In this document: one piece after another, positions 52,587-61,767 of the stretch
Numbering within the stretch: position 1 is the stretch's first letter
Layout: every line of letters starts with the position of its first letter
From: an uncultured Microthrixaceae bacterium
Lineage (GTDB): Bacteria > Actinomycetota > Acidimicrobiia > Acidimicrobiales > DATDAH01
NCBI GenBank assembly: GCA_963777805.1
Contig: CAVZRY010000002.1
Coordinates: forward strand, 485,739 to 549,738
Direction of reading: 5' to 3'
Length of the DNA stretch: 64,000 bases
Position numbers and translations under genes: made by a program
Notes under the pieces: model-generated
The model's input: only the letters and a program-made list of their open reading frames with translations
What the model was told of the DNA's origin: nothing
Database searches by the model: none

Positions 52587-54013
52587 GCGGAAACAACCTC
52601 GAGATGATGGAGGCCCTCCAGGCGCTGGCCATCGACAAGGGCATCTCCGTCGATGACCTGCTGGCCGCACTGGCCGATGCGCTGGAGTCGGCCTACAAGC
52701 GCACGCCCGGGGCCTACGAGTACTCGTGGGTCACCCTGGACCCCGACACCTTCGACATCCGCGTCTACGCCCAGGAGCTGGACGAGGATGGCGAGCCCGA
52801 GGGTGACGAGCTCGACGTCACGCCGGACGACTTCGGCCGCATCGCCGCCCAGACGGCGAAGCAGGTGATGATGCAGCGCATCCGCGAGGTCGAGCGGGAC
52901 ATGAAGTACGAGGAGTACGCCGGCCGGGAGGGTGACATCGTCACCGGGATGATCCAGCAGAGCGACCAGCGCTACACGCTGCTGGACCTCGGTCGGGTCG
53001 AGGCCCTCCTGCCCCAGGCCGAGCAGGTCCCCTACGAGCGCCCCGAGCCCAACTCCCGGGTGAAGGCCTACATCGTCGAGGTCCGCAAGACCGCCAAGGG
53101 CCCCCAGATCGTGGTCAGCCGCACCCATCCCGGCCTGATCAAGCGGCTGTTCGAGCTCGAGGTGCCCGAGATCGCCGACGGCATCGTCGAGATCCGGGCC
53201 TGTGCCCGAGAGCCCGGCCACCGCACGAAGATCGCCGTGTGGTCCAACGACAACAACGTGGACCCCGTCGGCGCCTGCGTCGGCGCCCGAGGCGCCCGCG
53301 TCCGCATGGTCGTCAACGAGCTCAAGGGCGAGAAGATCGACATCGTGCCCTTCTCCGACGACGCTGCCGACTTCGTCATGAAGGCGCTGTCCCCGGCCCG
53401 GGTCAAGGAGGTGCGGATCCACGAGGACACCGGCACCGCCGAGGTCATCGTCCCCGACTACCAGCTGTCCCTGGCCATCGGCAAGGAGGGCCAGAACGCC
53501 CGCCTCGCTGCCCGCCTCACCGGCTGGCGCGTGGACATCAAGAGCGAGACCCAGCTGGCCGAGGAAGCCGCCTATCAGACCGACGACTGGGCCCAGGGCG
53601 AGTGGATCGTGCACCCCGAGACCGGTGAGCAGATGTGGCAGCCCGCCGACGGCACCCCGGCGATGACCGCCGAGCAGTGGAGCCAGCTCGGCGCCGAGCA
53701 GGCCGAGGCCGAGGCCGGCGGCGACGGTCCGGTGGCCGATGCTGTGCCCGAGGCGGCTGAGGCCGACGGAGCCGGCGAGGTCGCCGACGCTCCGGCCGAG
53801 GACGTCCACGCCGAGGAGCCCGCGGAGGGCGCCGAGGAAGCTGCTGAGGCTGCCGTCGAGGCTGCCGTCGAGGAGGCCCCCGTCGAGGAGGCGGCCGACG
53901 AGGAGGCCCCCGCCGAGGCTGACGAGGCCCCGGCGGAGGAGGCTCCCGAGGCCGAGGCGGAGGCGCCTGCCGACGAGGCGCCGGTCGGGGCCGACGACGA
54001 GGCGACGTCGTAA
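52583..54013 (+). CDS. nusA: Transcription termination/antitermination factor NusA with acidic Ala/Glu/Pro tail
   Basis: Uninterrupted 476 aa. S1 and two KH domains ([46 protein letters not shown]). Confidence 0.93.
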   Translation: MSGNNLEMMEALQALAIDKGISVDDLLAALADALESAYKRTPGAYEYSWVTLDPDTFDIRVYAQELDEDGEPEGDELDVTPDDFGRIAAQTAKQVMMQRIREVERDMKYEEYAGREGDIVTGMIQQSDQRYTLLDLGRVEALLPQAEQVPYERPEPNSRVKAYIVEVRKTAKGPQIVVSRTHPGLIKRLFELEVPEIADGIVEIRACAREPGHRTKIAVWSNDNNVDPVGACVGARGARVRMVVNELKGEKIDIVPFSDDAADFVMKALSPARVKEVRIHEDTGTAEVIVPDYQLSLAIGKEGQNARLAARLTGWRVDIKSETQLAEEAAYQTDDWAQGEWIVHPETGEQMWQPADGTPAMTAEQWSQLGAEQAEAEAGGDGPVADAVPEAAEADGAGEVADAPAEDVHAEEPAEGAEEAAEAAVEAAVEEAPVEEAADEEAPAEADEAPAEEAPEAEAEAPADEAPVGADDEATS

Positions 54014-54021
54014 GCGGCGGG

Positions 54022-54300
54022 ATCCCCCAGCGCACCTGCATCGGGTGCCGGCGGGTCGCCGGCCAGGACGAACTGGTGCGGCTGACCCGCCAGGGCGACG
54101 GATCGCTGGCGGTGGGACCTACACTTCCCGGCCGGGGCGCGTGGCTGTGCCGATCATCAGCCGCGTGCTTCGACGCCGCCCTGCGGCGCGGGGCCTTTGC
54201 CCGGGCCCTGCGAGCGCCGGTCGCGGACGCCGATGTCGAGACGGCGCGTGATCAGGTGCTCGACCGGGCAGACGCCCGTCAGAATCTACGAAAGGGCTGA
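54022..54300 (+). CDS. ylxR: YlxR/DUF448 RNA-binding protein (no canonical start codon found upstream of the conserved RTCIGCR motif)
   Basis: ...PQRTCIGCRRVAGQDELVRLTRQGDGSLAVGPTLPGRGAWLC... The ORF track starts only at GTG 54076, after the motif. Confidence 0.65.
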   Translation: MPQRTCIGCRRVAGQDELVRLTRQGDGSLAVGPTLPGRGAWLCRSSAACFDAALRRGAFARALRAPVADADVETARDQVLDRADARQNLRKG

Positions 54301-54309
54301 CACAGCCAG

Positions 54310-57125
54310 GTGGCATCAAACGTAAGGGTCTACGAACTCGCACGCGAGCTCGGCATGAGCAACCAGGAGGTCCTCGACCTCTGCGACAAGCTGGGCATCG
54401 GCGCGCGCAGCCACTCGTCCAGCATCGTCGAGGCACAGGGCGACCGGATCCGCCGCCGGGCCCAGAAGGACGGCCTGGTCAAGGCCCCGGCACCGGAGGA
54501 GGCCGCCCCCGTCGAGGAGGCCAAGCCCAAGAACCCGCCGGTCAGCACCAAGAAGCCGCCGCCGAAGAAGAAGGCCGAGCCCAAGGCCGAGGAGCCTGCT
54601 CCCGAGGCCCCGGCCGCCGAGCCGGTCACCGCGCCCGAGCCCGTCGTTGCCGCGGAGGCCCCGGCCGCCGAGGTCGCGGAGGCCCCCGCGGCGCCCGAGC
54701 CCGAGCCCGCTTCCGAAGCCGAGGCTCCGGCCGTGGCCGAGGCGCCCACCCCGCCCGCCGCCGCCCCGGCGGAGGCCCCCAAGCGGGTGGTGCGCTCCAG
54801 CGGCAGCAGCGGCCCGACCCGTCCGGTCGAGCCGCCCCCTGCGCCGCCGACCCTGCCCGCCAGCGAGCGGGTGCGCCCCCCGACTCCGCCCCCCGCCGCC
54901 GCTCCGGCCGCCGCGTCGGCGGCCCCGGCTGCCGCCGAAGGCACCGCCCCGCCCGTGTCCGACACCGGTAAGCCGGTGCCGCCCCCGCCGCGCCCACCCA
55001 CCTCGCAGACCGGCAAGCCCATCCCGCCGCCGCCCGGTACCGGTGGCCGCGGTGGTGCCCCGCCGGCCCGTCCCGGCGCCCGCCCCGGTGGCGGCCCGCC
55101 CCGTGGTCGCCCGGGTGGTAGCCCGCGCCCCGGCATGGGTGGCGGTGGCGGCGGTGGCCCGCGTCCCTCGGTCCCCGGCGCCGGTCCCGGCGGCGGTGGT
55201 CGTCCCGGCGGTCCCCCCGGACGCGGTGGTCCCCAGCGGCCGCAGCGCCGTCGACGCAGTCGTCGTCGTCGGGTCCGTGAGGAGCTGCAGCCGATCGACC
55301 GGCCGACCTACACGCCGACCGACGCGGCCGTCCCCGAGGGCGAGGTCGTCATCGAGCGGGCCTCGGCCCCCATGGACATCGCCCCCAAGCTGCACCGGAC
55401 CGCGGCCGACGTCGTCCGCTTCCTCATGCAGCAGGGCGAGATGGTCACCGCGACCCAGTCCCTCAGTGACGAGATGATCGAGCTGTTCGCGGCCGAGATC
55501 GGCGCCGAGGTGCGCCTCGTGGATCCGGGCGAGGAGCAGGAGGTCGAGCTCCACAAGCTCCTCGAGTACGAGGAGTGGGACGAAGAGGAAGAGGAAGACC
55601 CCGACGCGGTGCCCGCGCCCCGGTGGTCACCGTCATGGGTCACGTCGACCACGGCAAGACGCTGCTGCTGGACAAGATCCGCGAGAGCAACGTGATCGAG
55701 GGCGAGGCCGGGGGCATCACCCAGGCCATCGGCGCCTACCAGGTCGTCCGCGACGGTCACGAGATCACCTTCATCGACACCCCGGGCCATGAGGCGTTCA
55801 CCGCCATGCGGGCCCGTGGCGCGGACGCCACCGACATCGTCATCCTCGTGGTGGCGGCTGACGACGGCGTCATGCCCCAGACCGTCGAGGCCTTGAACCA
55901 CGCCAAGGCGGCCGACGTGCCGATCATCGTCGCCCTCAACAAGGTCGACCGCGAGAACGCCGACGTCCAGCGGGTCATGGGCCAGCTCACCGAGCACGAG
56001 CTCATCCCCGAGTCCTACGGCGGCGACACCATCGTGGTGGAGACCTCCGCCCTGCAGGACCTCGGCGTCGACGACCTCCTGGAGCAGGTGCTCCTGGTCG
56101 CCGAGCTCGAGGAGCTCCGGGCCAACCCCGAGGGTCGCGCCTCGGGCGTGGTCCTCGAGTCCCACCTGGACACCGGCCGGGGCCCCGTGGCCACCGTGCT
56201 GGTCCAGCGGGGCACGCTGTCGGTCGGGGACCCGGTCGTCGCCGGCGCCGCCGCCGGCAAGGTGCGGGCCCTCATCGACGACCACGGCCAGCAGATCAAG
56301 TCCGCCGGCCCGTCCACGCCCGTCGAGGTGCTCGGCCTGTCCGACGTCGCCGCCGCGGGCACCAGCTTCATCGTCGCCCCCGACGAGAAGGTGGCCCGCA
56401 CGGTCTCGGACAAGCGGGAGCACTTCGCCCGCCAGGCCAGCATGGGCCGTGACGCCGGGGTGACCGGCGGGGCCAAGCTGGAGGACATCTTCAGCCAGAT
56501 CCAGGCCGGCGAAGCCGCCACCCTGAACCTGGTCATCAAGGCCGACACCAACGGCTCGATGGAGGCCGTCACCGATGCCCTGCGCAAGCTGGAGCGCGAC
56601 GAGGTCAAGCTGGCCTTCGTCCACCGCGGCGTGGGCGGCATCACCGAGAACGACATCAACCTGGCTGCCGCGGCCAACGCCACGATCCTGGGCTTCAACG
56701 TCCGCCCCGAGCGCAAGGCCCGTCAGCTGGCCGAGCAGGAGGGCGTGGAGATCCGGACCTACGAGGTCATCTACGCCCTGCTCGAGGACATCGAGTCGGC
56801 CATGGTCGGCATGCTCGAGCCCGAGTTCGAGGAGATCGTCACCGGCGAGGCCGAGGTCCGGGAGATCTTCCGGGTCCCCAAGATCGGCGCCATCGCCGGT
56901 TGCTACGTCCTCAACGGGACCATCACCCGGGGCTCCAAGGTCCGCTTCCTGCGGGAGGGCACGGTGCTCTGGAAGGGCACCATCACCTCACTGCGCCGGT
57001 TCAAGGACGACGTCGCGCGAGGTCCAGGCCGGCTTCGAGTGCGGCATCGGCCTCTCGGACTTCCAGAACCTGCAGCAGGGCGACATCATCGAGACCGTCG
57101 AGGAGCGCGAGATCCACGCGTCTGA
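54310..57125 (+). CDS. infB: Translation initiation factor IF-2 (2-3 apparent frameshifts, near 55615 and 57015)
   Basis: [22 protein letters not shown], Pro/Ala/Gly-rich linker, |[33 protein letters not shown], ...FKDDV|[13 protein letters not shown]. Confidence 0.92.
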
Positions 57126-57128
57126 CCG

Positions 57129-57416
57129 GTGCACGTCCTCGCGATGGAGATCGACCTCCATCTCCCGGCCTGCCGGTCACTCAAGGCGAAGCGGGCCGTG
57201 CTCCGGCCGATCACCGACGGCCTGCGCAGCCGGTTCCGGGTGTCGGTGGCCGAAGTGGGCGACCAGGACCTCTGGCAACGGGCCAACATCGGTGTCGCCG
57301 TCGTCGGCGGCACCACCAGTCACGTCGAGGACGTGATGGACGAGATCGAGCGCTGGGTCTGGGCCCAACCCGGTATCGAGGTGCTGTCCATGGACCGCAC
57401 CTGGATGGAGGACTGA
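57129..57416 (+). CDS. DUF503 (YlxP-like) protein
   Basis: MHVLAMEIDLHLPACRSLKAKRAVLRPI... is typical of DUF503, and the position between infB and rbfA is conserved. Confidence 0.8.
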   Translation: MHVLAMEIDLHLPACRSLKAKRAVLRPITDGLRSRFRVSVAEVGDQDLWQRANIGVAVVGGTTSHVEDVMDEIERWVWAQPGIEVLSMDRTWMED

Positions 57417-57420
57417 CCAC

Positions 57421-57843
57421 ATGAGCAAGCACCGCCGCCAGGCCAGTGGGCCGCATGACTACCCGCGCACGGCCCGGCTCAACCAGCTGGTCCAGCAGAT
57501 CGTGGCCGAGGAGCTGGAGCGCATCGACGACGAGCGCCTGACCCTGGTCACCGTGGTCGACGTCGTCTGTGAGGCCGACCTGCGCAACGCCACCGTCTAC
57601 GTCACCGGCCTCGGCGGCCCCGAGGACGACGAGGCCATCGTCGAGGCCCTGGGTGACCACCGCAAGCACCTCCAGGCCACCATCAACCGCCAGACCCGCT
57701 TCAAGCGCACGCCCGAGCTGATCTTCGCGGCCGATGAGGTCACCCGCTCGGCCACCCGGATCGAGACCATCCTGCGGGACCTGCAGGTCGACGACCAGCG
57801 GGACCCCGATGACGAGACCGACCCAGGCGACGCCGGTGCCTGA
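57421..57843 (+). CDS. rbfA: Ribosome-binding factor A
   Basis: RLNQLVQQIVAEELERIDDERLTLVTVVDVVCEADLRNATVYV. Confidence 0.9.
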   Translation: MSKHRRQASGPHDYPRTARLNQLVQQIVAEELERIDDERLTLVTVVDVVCEADLRNATVYVTGLGGPEDDEAIVEALGDHRKHLQATINRQTRFKRTPELIFAADEVTRSATRIETILRDLQVDDQRDPDDETDPGDAGA

Positions 57844-58711
57844 CGAGGACGTCCGGCCCAGCGGCATCGCGGTGGTCGACAAGGCGGCGGGGATGACCTC
57901 CCACGACGTCGTCGACATCGCCCGCAAGGTGCTGGGGGAGCGCAAGATCGGTCACTCCGGGACCCTGGACCCCGACGCCACCGGGATCCTCCTGCTCGGG
58001 ATCGGCGGCGCCACCCGGTTGCTGCGCTTCCTGACCGACCTGCCCAAGACCTACACGGCGGACTTCCTGTTCGGGACCGAGACCTCGACCCTCGACGCGT
58101 CCGGCGAGGTGACGGCCACCCACGAGATGGCGTTCACCCCCGAGCAGGTCACGGCGGCGACGGCGGCGTTCGTCGGCGAGATCGAGCAGATCCCGCCGAT
58201 GGTCTCCGCGGTCCGGGTCGACGGCAAGCGCCTCCACGAGCTGGCCCGGGAGGGCAAGGAGGTCGAGCGCAAGCCCCGGAAGGTCACCGTCTACCGCTTC
58301 GACGTGACCCCGACCGACGACCCCCTCGTCTACCGGGCCGAGGTCGAGTGCTCCTCGGGCACCTACATCCGCACCCTGGCCGCCGACCTGGGCACCGCCC
58401 TCGGCGGGGGCGCGCACCTGACCAACCTGCGCCGCACCAGGATCGGCTCCTTCGGCGAGGCCGAGGCCAAGCCGGTCGAGGACCTGGTCGTCCTCCCCGC
58501 CAAGGAGGGCCTGCGGGACTACCCCCAGACCACCGTCGACGACGACAACGCCTTCCTGGTCCGCAACGGCCGTGTGCTGGACCCCGACCAGCTCGGCGGC
58601 GTCGCCGGCACCGGCCCCTGGGCCGTCAGCGACCAGTCCGGCACGCTGCTGGCCGTCTACGAGCGGGTCTCCCAGCACCGGGTCAAGCCCTCCCTCGTCC
58701 TCGCGCCGTAG
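57809..58711 (+). CDS. truB: tRNA pseudouridine55 synthase TruB
   Basis: GIAVVDKAAGMTSHDVV, IGHSGTLDPDATGILLLGIG, QIPPMVSAVRVDGKRLHE. Confidence 0.9.
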   Translation: MTRPTQATPVPDEDVRPSGIAVVDKAAGMTSHDVVDIARKVLGERKIGHSGTLDPDATGILLLGIGGATRLLRFLTDLPKTYTADFLFGTETSTLDASGEVTATHEMAFTPEQVTAATAAFVGEIEQIPPMVSAVRVDGKRLHELAREGKEVERKPRKVTVYRFDVTPTDDPLVYRAEVECSSGTYIRTLAADLGTALGGGAHLTNLRRTRIGSFGEAEAKPVEDLVVLPAKEGLRDYPQTTVDDDNAFLVRNGRVLDPDQLGGVAGTGPWAVSDQSGTLLAVYERVSQHRVKPSLVLAP

Positions 58712-58717
58712 GGCTGG

Positions 58718-59106
58718 GGCGACCGAAACCGAGGCAACCACGGGGGCCGGCCGCCTCCCTGCGCCACGCTCCGTGGTGCCCTTCGACTTCAGCCCGCCGA
58801 ACGCACCTACCTCGAGGCAATACCTTGCGGAATCCGCTAGGTATTGCCTCGAGGTCGACCGGTGACAGCCGATCCGGTGACCCACGGTGGGAATCGACGG
58901 CTCGTGTGCCCCAGGCGACCGGCGGCCCGACCTCACGCCCCAGTTCTTGCATCAGTGTCGTTGAGCCCGCGCGCAGGTGTGGCCGCAACGACCTGCCGCC
59001 TGACCCCACGCCCCTGTGGTTGCGTCGGTTGTCGTTGGGCTGGCGGACCGGTGTACGCCCGACGACCCGCGCCCCCGACCCCACGCCCCCTCGTTGCCTC
59101 GGTTCC
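58718..59106. repeat. MITE-like repeat family, copy C (palindrome at 58810-58854; right end triplicated at 58921, 58993 and 59066)
   Basis: Left end ggcgaccgaaaccgaggcaaccacgggggccggccgcc. Three inverted right-end copies (...cccgacctcacgcccc..., ...ctgaccccacgcccc..., ...ccgaccccacgccccc...) with a 72-73-nt period. Confidence 0.75.
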
Positions 59107-59131
59107 AGCCCCGGGCACATAGCCTGAACCC

Positions 59132-60085
59132 GTGGAGGTGGTGCGGTACCCGGGGCCCTGCCCGGCGCCCCGGGGGGGTTCGGTCGTCACGATCGGGGCC
59201 TATGACGGGGTCCACCTCGGGCATCGGGCGTTGATCGACCGGGTGCGCAAGATGGCTGCTGACCGGGGGATCGCCTCGGCGCTGGTCACCTTCGACCAGC
59301 ACCCCGCCCGCCTGGTCCGCCCCGAGAGCGCCCCGTTGCTGCTGACCGACCCGGAGCAGAAGCTGGAGCTGCTGGAGGCCACCGGCCTCGACCTGCTGCT
59401 GGTCGTCCGCTTCGACGAGGAGCGGGCCCAGGAGTCCCCGGAGGACTTCGTGCGCGAGGTACTGGTCGACTGCCTCGGCACCAAGGCGATCGTGGTGGGG
59501 GAGGACTTCCACTTCGGCCACCAGCGCCGGGGCAACGTCGGGCTGCTGCGCACAATGGGGGCCGAGGCCGGCTTCGAGGTCGAACCCATCGAGCTGCTCG
59601 GCCCCGACGGCCAGCCCGCCGACGAGGCGGCCCAGGTGTCCTCGACGGCCATCCGGAAGGCCCTGGCCGAAGGTGACGTCGAGCGGGCCGCGGCGATGCT
59701 CGGCCGGGAGCACGAGGTCCGGGGCGTGGTCGACCACGGCGACGCCCGGGCCACCGAGCTGGGGTTCCCGACGGCCAACGTGTCGGTGCCCGACGACGTG
59801 CTGCTGCCCGCCGACGGCATCTACGCCGGCTGGTACACCCGCCCCGACGGCACCCGGCACCCCACGGCGATCTCGCTCGGGCGGCGCCCGACGTTCTACG
59901 AGACCGCCCATGCGTCGCTGCTGGAGGCCCATCTGCTGGACTTCTCCGGTGACCTGTACGGCGAACGGGCCCGGGTGGCCTTCGTGAAGCGGCTGCGGGC
60001 CGAGGAGAAGTTCGACAGCGTCGAGGCCCTGATCGAGCAGATGGGGCGCGACTGCGAGCAGGCCCGCCGGATCCTGGCGGGCTGA
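59132..60085 (+). CDS. ribF: Bifunctional riboflavin kinase / FMN adenylyltransferase
   Basis: VVTIGAYDGVHLGHRALI, FHFGHQRRGNV, GFPTANV, LEAHLLDFSGDLYGE. Confidence 0.9.
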   Translation: MEVVRYPGPCPAPRGGSVVTIGAYDGVHLGHRALIDRVRKMAADRGIASALVTFDQHPARLVRPESAPLLLTDPEQKLELLEATGLDLLLVVRFDEERAQESPEDFVREVLVDCLGTKAIVVGEDFHFGHQRRGNVGLLRTMGAEAGFEVEPIELLGPDGQPADEAAQVSSTAIRKALAEGDVERAAAMLGREHEVRGVVDHGDARATELGFPTANVSVPDDVLLPADGIYAGWYTRPDGTRHPTAISLGRRPTFYETAHASLLEAHLLDFSGDLYGERARVAFVKRLRAEEKFDSVEALIEQMGRDCEQARRILAG

Positions 60086-60223
60086 AGGCGACCGTCATCA
60101 CCGACACCGAGCTGGCCCCCGCCCCTGACCACCTGACCGACCCGCTGGTCGGCCCGGAGGGCCCCGGGCCGCTCACCGCCGTCGAGGGTCGCGCAGCCCC
60201 GGCCCCGGCTGGCCCAGTCCACC

Positions 60224-61223
60224 GTGACGCTGGCCGACGGCCACGAGGTGGGCGTCTCGGTCACCGGCCAGGGCATCCCCCTCGTGGTCGTCCACGGCTT
60301 CTCGGCCGAGGGGATCCTCTACGCCCAGACCCTCTCCCGCCTGGTGGGCATGGGCTACCGGGTCATCGCCATCGACGCCGCGGGCCACGGCGGCACCTTC
60401 GGCCTGCCGGGCGGTGGTGGGGACCTCTCGGACTACGCCACCCTGCTCGGCCGGGTGCTCGACCACCTGGGCATCCGCAAGGCCGTGCTGGCCGGTCACT
60501 CCATGGGTGGGCGCCTCATCGTGGAGCTGGCGGCCGAGCACCCGGACCGGGTGATCGCCCTGCTCCTGTTGGACGCCATCGTGGGCGACAGCTGGGACCG
60601 CATCCAGTCCTGGTCCCGGTGGATGCCACCCGTGCTCGGCCGTCATCGGGGCCACGCTGATGGTGGACACGGCGACGACCCTGCCCGTGTTCAAGGACCC
60701 GAAGCAGGCGCTGAAGCTCTTCCGTCTCGCCCTGCCCACGGGTGTCGCCCACGCCCGGCGGCCCTGGCGCCTGCTGGCTCCGGCCGTGTCGATCCTGCGC
60801 TCCGAGCCCAGCCACGACCTGCTCGAGGCGGTGGCGGGCCACGGTGTGTCGACCTTCGTCCTCCACGGGGACCGGGACTACGCCGTGCCGCTCTCCACGG
60901 CCCGCTCCGCCGCCGGTCTGGCCAACGGGCAGTTGGTGGTCATCCACGGGGCGTCGCACTCCTGGGTGCTGAAGGACCCCGAGACCTTGCCCGCCATCGT
61001 CTACGAACTGCTCGGGGGCGGACTGGGCGCGGCCCAGCGTCGTGCGCTCCTGCATGCGGGCCTGCTCCCCGGCGAGGCCACCCCCGCGGATGTCGAGCAG
61101 GCCTTCTACGAACCCGGGGCCCTCGTCCAGCGCCTGGCGCCGCCCGAGGTCACCATGGACCGCACCGAGCCCGCGCCCCCGACCCGACGCCCCCGGTACC
61201 GGTGGAGCATCTCAACCGGTTGA
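60224..61223 (+). CDS. Alpha/beta hydrolase (1 apparent frameshift near 60650)
   Basis: [12 protein letters not shown], nucleophile elbow AGHSMGG, later [10 protein letters not shown] and IHGASHSW in a second frame. Confidence 0.7.
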
Positions 61224-61296
61224 CCGGCTGGTAGCCTCACCCCCAGAAACCGGGCGCATCACCTACCTCCGCGCCCCAGACGACGAAGAGACGCAG

Positions 61297-61575
61297 ATGT
61301 CACGACCCCCCACCAACCTCCCCGAGAAGTCGGCCACGATGGCCGAGCACGGGAAGCACGACACCGACACGGGTTCCCCCGAGGTCCAGGTGGCGCTGCT
61401 CACCGATCGGATCAACCACCTCACCGAGCACCTGCGGGTGCACAAGAAGGACCACCACAGCCGCCGCGGCCTGCTCATGCTGGTCGGCCGCCGCCGCCGG
61501 CTGCTGGACTACCTGGCCAAGAACGATGTCGAGCGCTACCGCGCCCTCATCGCCAAGCTCGGTCTCCGGCGCTAA
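61297..61575 (+). CDS. rpsO: 30S ribosomal protein S15
   Basis: [51 protein letters not shown]...LGLRR. Confidence 0.93.
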   Translation: MSRPPTNLPEKSATMAEHGKHDTDTGSPEVQVALLTDRINHLTEHLRVHKKDHHSRRGLLMLVGRRRRLLDYLAKNDVERYRALIAKLGLRR

Positions 61576-61707
61576 CGATCTCCCTCCGGCTGGCCGCTCC
61601 GGTGGCCGGCCCCCACTGAAAGTCCAAGACAGCGCAGCGGTTCAGCTGCCAGTCGCCGACTCCCCGGCCCAGATCTCCTGATGCCGGACCGGGTGGCCGA
61701 CAACTGG

Positions 61708-61757
61708 GAACTGGACGGCTGCTCCACACAGCGGGACCCGAAGGCGGGTCCCAGAAG
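61708..61757. repeat. 50-nt clamp element #8 (in the pnp leader)
   Basis: GAACTGG-N36-CCAGAAG. The interior forms two short hairpins (gctg/cagc; gggaccc-gaaggc-gggtccc) rather than one long stem. Ends 10 nt before the pnp ATG region (agagagcaaaccATG). Confidence 0.6.
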
Positions 61758-61767
61758 AGAGCAAACC

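Noticed and set aside
54540-55300. Multiple overlapping ORFs on both strands in the infB 5' third (e.g. 54647..55477 +, 54316..55554 -).
   Set aside because: This is the Pro/Ala/Gly-rich linker of IF-2. Its repetitive GC-rich codons keep all frames open, and only the IF-2 frame connects conserved N- and G-domains.
58921-59106. Possible CRISPR array (three repeats with ~25-nt spacers).
   Set aside because: The repeats are strongly diverged from one another. The spacers are related to each other. The unit is the end of the MITE-like element, and there are no cas genes.
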